Below, in pieces: positions 47,433 through 59,554 of a stretch of DNA of 64,000 bases. The stretch covers positions 61,382,001-61,446,000 of the forward strand of contig NC_086108.1 in NCBI RefSeq assembly GCF_963921235.1. The letters are read 5' to 3'. Each line of letters starts with the position of its first letter. Position 1 is the first letter of the stretch. The notes beneath the pieces were generated by a model, which saw only the letters and a program-made list of their open reading frames with translations, did no database searches and was not told the origin of the DNA. The stretch comes from Mobula hypostoma. Taxonomy: Eukaryota. A program made the position numbers and the translations under genes.

Positions 47433-50400
47433 GTGGGGAGAGAGAGTTCCTGCTTATCACACTTGAACAGCTGTCTCCACCTTCACTTCCCCTACCCCCC
47501 ACAAACATGTTCCAATGCCTTTTTCTTTGCTTGCCTCCATCTATCATCAATCTCTCTCTCTCTCTCCCCCGCCCCCAACTCAACCCTTCCTGTTCATATG
47601 CACAAGTACATGTATGCACAGGTACAATGAAAAATTTACTTGCAGGAGCATAACATAGCATTAGAGACACAATATTCACAAGAACTCCTGAATTTTGAAA
47701 TAAAGTTTTGTAAAAGACATTTTCCCTGTCTTATAGCTTTGTGCGTAGCATGTACTGGCTGTGATCCGATTGGAGTTACAGAAATAATTCACTTCGATTC
47801 AATAAAATCAAGCTGTACAATTCATTAATCCAAGCCAGAGTCACTGATGCAGTCAAATCCTGTTTGCTGTGCAGAGATCCTGTTCCTTTAACTCGCCATC
47901 TGCAAACACTCCTTAGTTTACCTCTAACTCACAGATTTCAACTGATCTAGTTCTCAGTGGACTTCTTCCTCCTTATCTACTCTCTCTTTGAACTCACTGA
48001 TAAATCCTCTCCAGAGAAGCCATATTTGTGATTGTGCACACTACTGAACATGAGAGTCAGAGAATGCTATACATATGTGGATTGATACTCGTGGTCAGTC
48101 AGAATGTTTCCTCCTTGTTATGCAGAACAAAAGAAAATACACACCATTATTCCCTGTATGATACCTTGAAAGAGAGCACATTGGAAGTCACTGTGGCATA
48201 TTACATTGCAATGCTATCTCTCTGAGGAAGTGAATGACTGACTGAACATGTACAGTATGTTAGGACAACAAACAGAAGATGCTATTAGCCAATTCTTACC
48301 GCCATTTGTGTTATTTTATTAAAAGGGCAACATCCTGGAAGAAACAGGATGGATCACTCACACAAACTAGCTTAAAGAAAGAATAACTTACTGAAGAGTA
48401 AGTGATAAAACCAGCTAAAATGAAAACATTAATTCCTTGCACCTTCTGGCAGTCACAAACAGCATTGAAGTGATCTGGTGGATGTCTTCCAAATTACATA
48501 GTGTCATCGAATACTACAACACAGAAGCAGGCCCTTTGGCCCATCTAGTCTGTGTTGCACTACTATTCTGCCTAGTTCCATCAGCCTGAACCTGGACTAC
48601 AAATTATATTAAACCATACATAATATTAAAAAAGATCCAATTTGTGTATATACTAGCAGAGACTAAAAGTAGGATTTGGAAAAGATTTCTCATCGTATGC
48701 AATCACTGTGAAATAGTTATCAATAAGACAAATCAAGTACTGACTGCATCCAGAAGTTATTGACTTGCAAGTCAGAATAAGTTATTCTAACATTATACAA
48801 AATCAATGGCGAGGAAAGTTCTGATATACAGCACAGTGAATGTCATTTCACCTCAGAAAATTGTATCGATGTAGTAGAGAGAGTTCAGGGAAATGTAATT
48901 AGTACAATTTTAGGCCTCAGGGAACTGAAGTATATGGACAGACTTTCACTAGAGGAAACCAAATAAAAGTCAACCTTTGCATACCTTTAAATGTATACCT
49001 TTAAAATAACACACAAAAAAATGGAAGATATTTTGAATGGAGACTAACTTGGTTAAAATGCAGATCATGAAATCACAAACAGAATGTTTGCAAAACTTGA
49101 GTAAGGCTAAATCCTTCGTTATACCATTTTAGTTGAAATACTCAGCTTGGGGAGTTACATCAATTCATACTTGTTAAGAGGCTTCAAGTAAAAGTCATTG
49201 TAAAAGGGAGCTGAAGTTAATTCTCAATAATATAAACATTGTGTTGGAAATGTCGCATTATTGTTTGTTTGGTAGAATAGTTAGAGTGAATGAGACATTT
49301 AATTCAATTCTCTCCCTACACCAGCTGTGTAGGGACTTATGCAAGAGTCCTTCTGGAAATCCCAGTTTCCTCTAACAGGGCTGATTTGAGCCAACAGCAA
49401 CAATAACTGCTGCTGTACTACTCTGGTGGACTCAACATAGGGTCAGGTGGGGCAGCTCTCAGGCTGCGAAGCCTCTTAATAGCACAGCAATCTCTTTTCA
49501 AATGATTAGCAGAAATTAGTAGATCAGTATTTTTGTTTTTGTTAATTATTTATTAACATTACTTCCTGTATTTTAATTGTTTTTATTGCATGTATCTGTT
49601 TTAAATGTAAATTATTTTTGTAGTTTTATTTTTTGTGCATTTATTTAGAACAGGAATTGGTGCTGACCATGAGAAATTCAAGTGGCCAGTGCCACCACAC
49701 CTCTGACAGCCTGTGTTCAGAGGGATTCTTCTGCCAGTAGTTTGAAGAAGAAACACTGGCAGGGAGTTCTTTGTGGGCCAGCTCATTCTGAGTATCCAAG
49801 TCCAGGTACAGAACAGACCAGGTACTGAACTAATGGACTAGGGACACTTCACGTCTGGCTCCCCAGCTTTACATCACTCAAGACTGATAGAGGTAGTACA
49901 TTTGAATTGGGCTGCTAACCATGAATGAAAGATGAGTGCAAGGAAAAATGCTGATTTGGATCTGAGGATCTACAGTATATTATTTTATATCACCTAAATG
50001 TATCTTTAAATAATTTTTTTTCCAAAATTTCCTTCCTAAAATTATCTAAATCTTATTGAATAGTTTTAAAATGTTTCTAATCATTTAAATGCAATTCAAA
50101 AGCTTCTTACAATAGCAAACATCAATAGATCATCTGTATTGGGGCAGGGTCTCAGAATATTCCAGCTAAATCTTACAACTGGTTTTGGGCTGCACCACCT
50201 GACAGAACGGCCCCTGTCACCAGGATCTACGGGCTGTCATTAAGTGTGACCATGAGAGTAGCACTGGGGCAAATGTTAGTGGATTGAGTTCAACTCATTC
50301 ACATCGGCATGTTAATTCAATACTTTTTATTTGTATTTTTCATTCTAACTAGCTAATATATATTTTATTATCTGATGGACTATTTATTCAAGAAGGCTAT

Positions 50401-51274
50401 GAAAATCTATTACTTTTTCTGACAAGTTAATAGTACTTGTCCCTGCTTCAATCCACCTTGAGTTGGATGGAAGCAGAGAGCTATTTTCAGCTTAGGTATG
50501 AGTGGAAGACTGACATTGATGGTATCAACCTTCCATTATGCTCTTCATTTCTATTGCTGATAATGATAGGTGGTGCACTGTAACCACCAATGTTCTGCCC
50601 TGCTGAAACGAAAAGTGAATTTCATTATACAATATCCATGACTTCTGATTTGTGGACAAAATCCCTATTTACCAACCATTTCTCCCCATTTCAGCAACAG
50701 TTAATGCAACAAAATTATGGATAAGTACAGAAAAACACTTCCATTTCACGAGCTCTGAGGCATAAAGGGGTGGGGTTCTCTCAAGCCTTGTTCAGATAAC
50801 ATCTGGAGCTCAGTACTGCTCCTTAAGGGAGAGTATACTGAACTTGGTATGGCAGTAGCACAGAATACTCAGAATGATAGCATGTTAAGTTATGAGAAAA
50901 GATATCAGGACTTATAGTCTCTCAAGTTTAGAAACTAAGTTGTTTATGATGTGGGCAAAGGATTCGATGGAAACTCTCATCAGGTCAGGTAGTATTTGTG
51001 CAAAGACAGTTTCCGGTCAATGGCATATTTTTCAGAACAGATCTGACAATTTCTTAATTCTATTTCTTTTTTCCTGACATGACAGAATGCTGCCTGACAT
51101 TCTAAGTGTTTCCAGCATTTTAGTTTTTATTTCAAGATTCTGATATCTGTAGATTTTTTTTAATTTTCAAAGGAGTAGCAACAAGTCATGCGATAAGGCA
51201 GTAGCCAGCTAGAGCAAGTTTAGTAATTCAGAATAGCTAGGGGCATAGCAAAGGCTGACCCATAATTAGGAGGT

Positions 51275-52105
51275 ATAGTGAAGAAGGTTATTGAAGATTA
51301 CAGGGTCACCTTGATCAGTTAGGGAAGTGGGCCAAGGAGTGACAAATGGATTTCAATACAGATAAGTATGAGGTGATATATTTTGTAAAGTCAGACTAGT
51401 GTAGGACTTATACTATGAACGGGAAGGGACTAGGGAGTGTAACGGAACAGAGAGGTCGAGGAGCAAAATTACATACTGTAGTTTGTTGAAAATGATGCTA
51501 CAGTTGACAGGATGGTGAAAAAGGCATTTAGCATGCTGGCTTCATCTGCCAGGACAATGAGTATAGGACTGGGGACATTATAGTGCAAATGTGTAAGTCA
51601 TTGGTGAACATACGTTTGGAGTACTAAGTACAGTTTTGGTCACTATGTTATAGGAGAGACATTGTAAATAGTGAAGAAAATTTATGTTGCTAGAACCAGA
51701 GACCTTGAGTCATGGGAAGGGGTTGGCCAGGGTAGGTCTTTATTTCTTGAAATGTAGGAGAATGATCAACGATTTTATAGAAACGTATAAAATTATGAGA
51801 GGCATAGATAAATTAACAGTCTTTTCCCGAGGATAGGGGAGTCAAAAACCAGACTCATAGCATAGATTTAAGGTGAATAGAGAAAGACTTAAAAGGGACC
51901 TAAGGCACAACTTTTTACACAGAGTGCGGTGAGTATATGGTAGTGGTTGAGGCAGATACAGTAGTATCATTTAAGATAGGTTACATGGACGGGAGAAGGC
52001 TGGAGGGATGTGGGCTGAATGTGGGAGATTGGTGCGAGTGGATGGGCACATCTGGGCTCATTGGCTAAAGGCCCTGGATTATGCTGGTTTGCTCTATGAT
52101 TGTGA
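51275..52105 (+). mobile_element. Degraded CR1 ORF2 3' portion and 3' UTR
   Basis: Decayed CR1 motifs (QM.FN..K.EV..F; V..QFWS) and CR1-like 3' UTR. Confidence 0.7.
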
Positions 52106-53325
52106 TATGATAGGTTGGTACAAATGATACAAATTATGATACAAATGGAGACATTATGATAGGCAAGAACAAACTGAGGGCTATGAAGTTCAAGCAAGAC
52201 AATTAACAAACAAAGTAATTAAACACTTCATATGAAGATGAGTGCAAAATCTGTGGAGGCTGCTTGACTGAAAACTGTGACTCACAGATCTCTGTAAGGT
52301 AATGGAAGCAGAGGTATTATTGGTTGTGGAATCAAGGCAGAGAAGTGGAGTTAAGAAACAGACCAGTCATGATCTACTTAAATGCTTTTATGTAAGAATA
52401 GTTCATAGGTTCACCTTCAGATTAACACAACAATTGTGTAAAAACCAGAAGTATTGATATCATGATTATGCGAAATAGAGGATAACTAATGGTGCATTTG
52501 GAGAAAGTGTACTAATATAGATGTACAGTCACAGCAGAAAGCCTCCACTAAAATATAAACAGGTTCATTTGTAAACAGTAATCTATGTGATTGCTATAAC
52601 AACAAGGCCATTTGAGTGTTGTTGGAGAACCTAATGGAAGCAGTACATTAATGCTAGTGTCAACAAAAGGATAAAGATTCAGGATATAGTTGATTTGTGA
52701 AGCTCAAGTTGCTTTTCATGGAATTTCTTGTTCCTATGAATAGTACAAAGAGACAGACTGTCTGAAAATCATACGAAAGAAATGGCTGAAGAGCCACCTC
52801 AATGGTATAACAAAAGTTAGAAGACAAGAACATGGAAGATTATGGGCAAGAGACCAAAATGTCATTACAAACAGAAAGACAGTAGGAAATAACAGATAGG
52901 ATGAGCCAGCCTCATGTTATGCAAGAACTAGACAGTCTTATAGTAAATGATGGGAAATTACTCAATGTAATAGTAGACTGCTAGCCTGAGGCATATATCT
53001 GATATGCTCACTTACTCTGAATAATCAAACATAAACTGTCAGAATCATCAAGATACCTGTGGCTAAAACATAATAAATCCATCCCAAGCTCAAATTTATT
53101 CTGATTCACAACTAGTAAAGTGAGACTCATTAAACTTAGTTAGAACCAGTGTCAACAACAAAAGACCAAAGTAAGATACTTGCACCATTAGGATAAGATT
53201 CAGCGTTGTTACGTTTGTAGTAAAACCTCAATGATTATGAATTTCCTACACTTTGTGAAAAGGCTGAAGAATCTGTATGATGTCAACACATTAGCTGGAA
53301 GTTCAAAGTAAACTTATTATCAATG

Positions 53326-53860
53326 AGGGGTGTATGGGGTGTCTAGGGAGGGGTAGCACCTCTGGTGGGGGGGGGCCTGCTGTGCCCTTTTCAGGGCAAC
53401 TCGTCCACCTTTGGTCCCCACCTGGCGCTCAGCTCTCACCTGTGGCTCCAAGTAGCTGTAACACGCGTAGCAGCCACACCCCAGTAAACCGTCTCCGCAG
53501 ACAGGCCAAACCAGGTGAGGGTAGCCGACGGTCTTTGACCCTCGGTGAGGTAGGGGATCTGTCTGTCCCAGCGTGTGAAGTCTGGACCTGGCAGATTGAG
53601 CGGAGGAGACCGATTAATGGTCCAACGGTCAAGAAGGCAGGCCCAGCAGGCGTTGTGGAGCGCTGAGAGCATGACAAGGCACTTAGACGTCCTGGTCATC
53701 CACTGCAGCAGGAGAGGTCTCCAGCCCTAACGGTTGTCCGTGCCACTGGATCAAGGTCTCTTCTGCCGAGAGAGTGGGATTACCCCTGTGCACCGGCTGT
53801 TCCACTTAAAACTTCATCACGCACAGGTTTGTGTCTTCTTCGAATCCGAAGGACTACCAT
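53326..53860 (+). mobile_element. GC-rich non-coding, non-autonomous retroposon, probably derived from an RTE-clade LINE
   Basis: Clean interruption of a Rex 3' UTR; no credible ORF; HDV-like fold at its 5' end. Family assignment is inference. Confidence 0.6.
53327..53521 (+). ncRNA. Predicted HDV-like self-cleaving ribozyme
   Basis: P1 GGGGUGU/ACACCCC, P2 CUCUCACCUGU/ACCAGGUGAGGG, P3 GGC/GCC, L3 UCCAAGUA plus hairpin, P4 CCGUCU-CCGC-AGACAGG, J4/2 CCAA, all in HDV order; P1.1 partner is AG instead of GG. Confidence 0.7.
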
Positions 53861-55182
53861 TACATATATGACAACATATACAATCTTGCAGGCATTCACT
53901 GGGAAACAAAGAAATGTAATAGAATCAATGAACTACGTAAAAAAAAATGCTGACAAACAACCAATTTTTAGAAGAAGAAAAATTGTGCAAATGAAAATAA
54001 ATACATCAATACATAAATAAATAATAACACAGAACATGAGCTGTAGAGTCGTTGACACAACACATCAATGCATTAGCAAATATAAAGGCCTCACAATGGA
54101 CAGCTACTGCAAATTATTTGATTAATTAATTTAAAGATGAGATATTGATCAATTCTGGTTGAAAACAGCTTGCATCAACATAGCCTATTAATATAAAATA
54201 TACAAAACTGCATCGCAAAAGCATAACCAGACAAGAGGCAAAACACCGAGTAGCAGACTTTAAAGAGCTTCTTAAGGAGAAAGAGGTGGCAGAGCGTTTC
54301 TAGAGGACAAGCTAGAACTTAAGTGACAAGACTGGTCAGCTGAAGGAACAGAGGGGATAGTACTATATGAATACAAGAACCATAGAGGCGCGTGAGACTC
54401 CAGGAGTGATGGAGCTAATATGTAGGCCAATGCTGAGAGCTAACTACAAGGATCAGATTGTTAAGATCAAGCACTGCGGAACCTGGATTCGAGTGAATCT
54501 GGTTCAAATAAAACAGTGGCCAGGGAAATTAGAAACTGCTGATTTTGGGGCCATTGCATTAACTGTGTAAGCAAACATCTTTCTGGCTGTGGTGGGAGGA
54601 TGCATGGCTTTAGACGGGAAGACGACGAAGCAGACGAGCTGAGCAGGAGCAGGAGCGGAGGGAATGAAACCATTGGGTTAGAAGCACATAGGTTTTTCGC
54701 TGGAGCCCCATCTCAGGCCCAGGCAGAGTATCAAGACTACAAGCAACCTACAGTACGTCACCCTCAGACTGAACCCAGGGAAGGTAATCACTGGAGAATT
54801 GCTCAGAGAAGGAACAATCAGAATAGACATAGTCGTTTCCAAATTTATGATTTATGAAGTTAATTGTTTTTCCTAATCTTTTCTCTCATTTTGTGCTGAT
54901 CTCCATTCTCATGGCATGAATATATGGATGAAACTGAAAGTATATAAAATATGATGGGCATAGTAGGATAGAGAGTCTTTTTCCCAGGGTGGTAGTGTCA
55001 AGTATCAGCGGACATAGTTTTAAGGTGAAATTTAAAGGATATTTACAAGGTAATTTACTTGAGGCATTGAATGGTAGGTGCCTGGGTGCATTGCCAGGCA
55101 AAATGGTGGCAGCAGATACAAAAGCAGTGTTGGTCAGACACATGAACAGATAGGGAGTAGAAGTATATAGACCAAGTACATG

Positions 55183-56478
55183 CATAGAACATAGAAAACC
55201 TACAGCACAATATAGTCCCTTCGGCCCACAAAGTTGTACCGAACATGTCCCTACCTTAGAAATTACTAGGCTTGCCTATAGCCCTCTATTTTTCTAAGCT
55301 CCATGTACCTATCCAAAAGACTCTTAAAAGACCCTATCGTATCCACCTCCACTACCGTTGCTGTCAGCCCATTCCACGCACTCACCACTCTCAGAGTAAA
55401 AAACTTACCCCTGACATCTCCTCTGTACCAACTCCCCAGCACCTTAAACCTGTGTCCTCTTGTGCAACCATTTCAGCCCTGGGAAAAAGCTCTGACCATT
55501 GTCATGTGTGACACCCAGCAGAGCTACCGGACGGATGATGCTAATGAGAGAGATAAGAAAGACAATGGAGAAACATTCAAAATGCTAATAAGAGAGAAGA
55601 GAGGGATTAACGGGAAAGAAACACAATTAAGATAGTGACAGACTGGTTGCTTTGAACCTGAACTGTTTGAAGTTTGATAGACAGGTAATACCCCAGCAGG
55701 GGGATAAAAGGAGCAGGATTGCTAAGGCACGCGACACACCACGAGACCCTGGAAAGAGTAGTGTGCTCCCACAAGTGGTGGGAGTTGGTGGAGGTCTGGT
55801 TCACGGGAACCGACCAGAGGCTCACAGGGTGCAAAAGTATGATCGGTGGGAACCTGGGGTGTGTGTCCGCCCTTGCCAGGGTGCCGGGTTCACCGTGGAA
55901 GAACGATCATATCCAGAACGGAGGGGTCACAGTCGGTGACCACAGCGGGATTAGAAGACATCAAAAGGTCTGCCCGAAACCAACTGCGAAGACATCAAAA
56001 GGTCTGCCTGAAACCAATTGCATCTCTCTCTCTCGCCCCAACAGTACGACAACAGCGATTACTGCGAACTGCACTAAACTGAACTGAACTCTGCTTCACT
56101 TAAGACTGATCATTTTATCCCTAGACTGTGGTAGAGCTTGGTTGATTCCTATTACCCTAGTTCTGTGTATATGTGTGTATTATCATTGCTAACCTGTTAC
56201 ATTTATATCCTTACGATTAGTGTACTGTATTACTTATTTCTTTAATAAAACGTTATTGGTTCCTAGTAATCCAGGTTCCAACGAGCGTTCCATTTCTGCT
56301 GGTTTGGCAACCCAGTTACGGGGTACGTAACACTATCCACACGATCAATGCCTCTCATCATCTTATACACCTCTATCAGGTCACCTCTCATCTTCCGTCG
56401 CTCCAAGGAGAAAAGGCTGAGTTCACTCAACCTATTTTCATAAGGCAAGCTCCCCAATCCAGGCAACATCCTCGTAAA
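55183..56478 (-). mobile_element. CR1 LINE 3' fragment interrupted by a solo LTR
   Basis: CATAGAACATAGAAAA tail; ORF 56263-56490 reads FTRMLPGLGSLPYENRLSELSLFSLERRKMRGDLIEVYKMMRGIDRVDS. Confidence 0.9.
55500..56332 (+). mobile_element. Solo LTR (833 bp)
   Basis: TGTCATGT...ACGTAACA termini; 4-bp TSD CCAT/CTAT (55496-55499, 56333-56336); TATA-like GATAAAA near 55704; AATAAA near 56244; internal 34-bp tandem duplication at 55954-56021. Confidence 0.88.
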
Positions 56479-58489
56479 TGCAGGTGGCATTAGATTAATT
56501 TGACATGGTTAGCAGAGACATCATTGGCCTGTTCCTGTGTTGTTCTGTTCTTTGTTCAGTATTGGGATCTTTGTTCTATTGCGGGTGTAGATAAACATTT
56601 TACCTCATCTTTATTTCACATCTACCGAAAACCAGATAACATCCTGAAATTTGTGACTCATCAATGTCTCTATCTCCTGATATGCCTGTCTACATAAATA
56701 CATGGAAATCACAAAGTTGTCATCAGAAATATTCCAATTTTCCATAAAGTGCAGTGCTGTTGTTTTTGCAGGTCAAATCTATAGTGATCATTGATTTATC
56801 ATGAACTAATCAGCTATTATTCTTGCTGCATAAACTTATCATAACAAATCAAGAGTAAATGAGACTTTAGCAGAATAATCAGGTGCTGAGAAATGAATTT
56901 TATAGGTATGCAATCTTATTTTCACTAAAGGAAAAGATAAATTTTATGAAAATCTGGATTTTGCTCTTTCAGTCTCTCCTTTTCCCTCAGCTGATATTGT
57001 AATAAAGTCAGACTTTCCTTTCTGAACAGTGATTTTAAAGGTGGTTTACATTTCCTCCTTCATTTCCTCTCTTGCCTTCTATGTAAATGGTTCAGTGGCT
57101 AGATTATCAGTCTGCCTTCGACCTGCTTAGCTGCCTGCCGTTGGAGGTTATAGATACATAGAATGTGCTGAAGACAAAGTAGAGCAGATGAATTCCGTGC
57201 TGTATAAGCTGCTTCAACTTGGCCCAGTGGCACAATTGAAGGATAAGTGTGAGTCTTTGGATCACCACTAATGTAGGATCTGTGCCATCAACACAGCCCA
57301 CTGGAAGGTATAAGGTGGGCAGATCACTACTGTTCACGGTAAAAATAGTTCAGCAGGAACAGAAAGAACAATTTCCTCTGGTCAACTTGTGTCAGCAATA
57401 TATAATTAAAATGAGGGATTAAAATATTCCTACTATATCTAGAATATCTCTAACAAAAAAAAATCATAATCATGTAATTGTATCTTTTATGCAAATATCA
57501 TTTGCAGAAGGCAGGAAATCATTTGCTTAACTTTTTATTGCTTTATGATGGCATGGTTATTTTACTAATTTTTAACTGAAGAAAGGTTATGCTCTTCTGA
57601 ACTTTGGTCTCCTACTATCAACCATCTAAATGTAATCTGTGTTCAAATATTCCATTCCATATGCAGTTCCTCCTCTCAGCAGTCTTTTTGAATTGAAATT
57701 AAGACCTGATGTAATTGCTTCTGGTGGGGTTGGAATGAGAAAAGAGGAAACAGGAAATAATTCTACTTGACCTGAACCACTCACCACACACACTCTTCCA
57801 CTCTAAAGTATTCTTCTGCAAATTGATAAAAAAATTTTCACATACTTGACTGGGACACCATTTAACTTTGTGAAAAAGTACAGGAAAACGTTTGTGACCC
57901 ACCAAGTCCCACATGGTATATTATGTAATTTATTCTACATGTTGTTATTTTCAATTACTGGTCTGTTAATCATTAAAATTCGAGTCCCTTTTGTTGATAA
58001 AAGATGGCATGGTCATGAGATCTGCACCAAAATTATGTATTCTGCAGGCAATGCTTTCAGAAAATTTGTTTTAAATGTAAGGAATTCAGCATGGAAAACG
58101 GGATGTCCAGGTCAATGGCTTGATATCACTAGACCCCTCCCACAACTCACCTTATCAGATAAATCCTTCTATTCCTTTTCTCCCTTGCACATTTAGCATT
58201 TTCCTAAACAACTCTATATAATTTGTCTACAAGATTGCAAGTTTCATTAGTGAGAAACCATTTTCCCTCAGTGCTCTTTTTCCTGAGTTGATCTGGAGGA
58301 TGAGCAGAAGGTAGGGAAACTGCATTTAGTAGGTGTGGATAACATGATGCTCAACGATTGTAGAGTGAAATGACAATCTTAGTAGGTGGAAGCAGCATTT
58401 CATCTGACTGGGCTTTATCATTCAGATCAGCAATATGGAATGATTAGGTGAGCCATCTCAACAAAAGGAAATGGAAATTTTTTTCTCTC

Positions 58490-58822
58490 GTTCTCTCTGG
58501 TATGTCAAATTATTAGATGAATGTGTAGTTTTTGGGGTACTGCAAGTCTGTGTCTTTATTGATGCTTTGCTGCATGCTTGAGTGTTTGATGGAAAGTGCT
58601 GATGTTTTTTTGCTGGTGGAGGTGGGGGGGGGTCATTACCTTGTTCCTGCTTGTGCCTGGGAGGGGGAGTTGGGGGTGAGGGCTTTGGGGTTCTAATGTT
58701 TTAACTGTCATACATTCTTTGGGACACTCCTCTGATTTTGTGGATATCTGCAAAGAAAAAGAATTTCTGAATGTATATTGTAGACAGTTCCCTGACATTA
58801 AATGCACCTATTGAAACCTATT
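58490..58822 (+). mobile_element. LINE 3' UTR fragment (Rex/L2-type)
   Basis: Ends AAGAATTTCTGAATGTATATTG..GACATTAAATGCACCTATTGAAACCTATT with a short repeated tail. Confidence 0.45.
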
Positions 58823-59554
58823 AGTACACAAGCCAGGATACACCAAGTATTGTGTAGCTACCCAAATAACTTTTCACTGTTCCTTTGGGCCCTTTCATCA
58901 GTAACCTGATCAGTGATCTACCTACCACACCCTTCTGCTTCATGGTGAATGACAAAGCATGCCGCCTTAGTATCCACTGAATTCATCAGTCAATATACTT
59001 TCCATTTTGAATTTGCCTATGTGGTGCCCAGTATTTAAGTGCACTGCACACATTGCTGGAAACATTCAGTGAGTAAAAGCCCTTCCTCTTGATATATATC
59101 ACAGAGTTTTAAATTGTGCCCGGCAGCACTATGTGAGAATGGCTAGTTGACCAGCAAGCCAGCCATAGTAAATGTCTCTATGTCTCTGCTCCACATGGAA
59201 CAATCCATGGTTTATAAGTTTAGGTGGACACCAGAAAGTGTTATTCATCATCTTTCAGCTCCCCAGCATTAAATCATCTTGGCTGGCATATGATCTATAG
59301 CCTCGGGGAACCAAGGTCTTGTCAAAGTCACCCTTCCACAGGTCTGTGTGATTGATTGAAATCTGCAAACTAGTTGTAAAATCTCACAGTTTTCTCCTGT
59401 GTTGTTTTCTGAAGCCAGATTCTTCACAGAAATTTCTGTACACCCTTTTGGTCAGACATGGGGAAGGGATACCCTCATGATTTTGCAACCATACTGCTTT
59501 ATTATAATACAAAAGACCAAAGTAACCAAATCTATAGTTCTCTGTAAGTGGTAG

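Larger units (their letters stand above)
53299..54050 (-). mobile_element. Rex1-type LINE 3' UTR interrupted by the 535-bp element
   Basis: AAGTTCAAAGTAAACTTATTATCAATG | TACATATATGACAACATATACAA; the uninterrupted paralogue is at 2320-2370. Confidence 0.7.

Noticed and set aside
50443..50476. 13-bp stem hairpin (CTGCTTCAATCCA / TGGATGGAAGCAG)
   Set aside because: Too short for a pre-miRNA, no supporting context, and plausible by chance in 64 kb.
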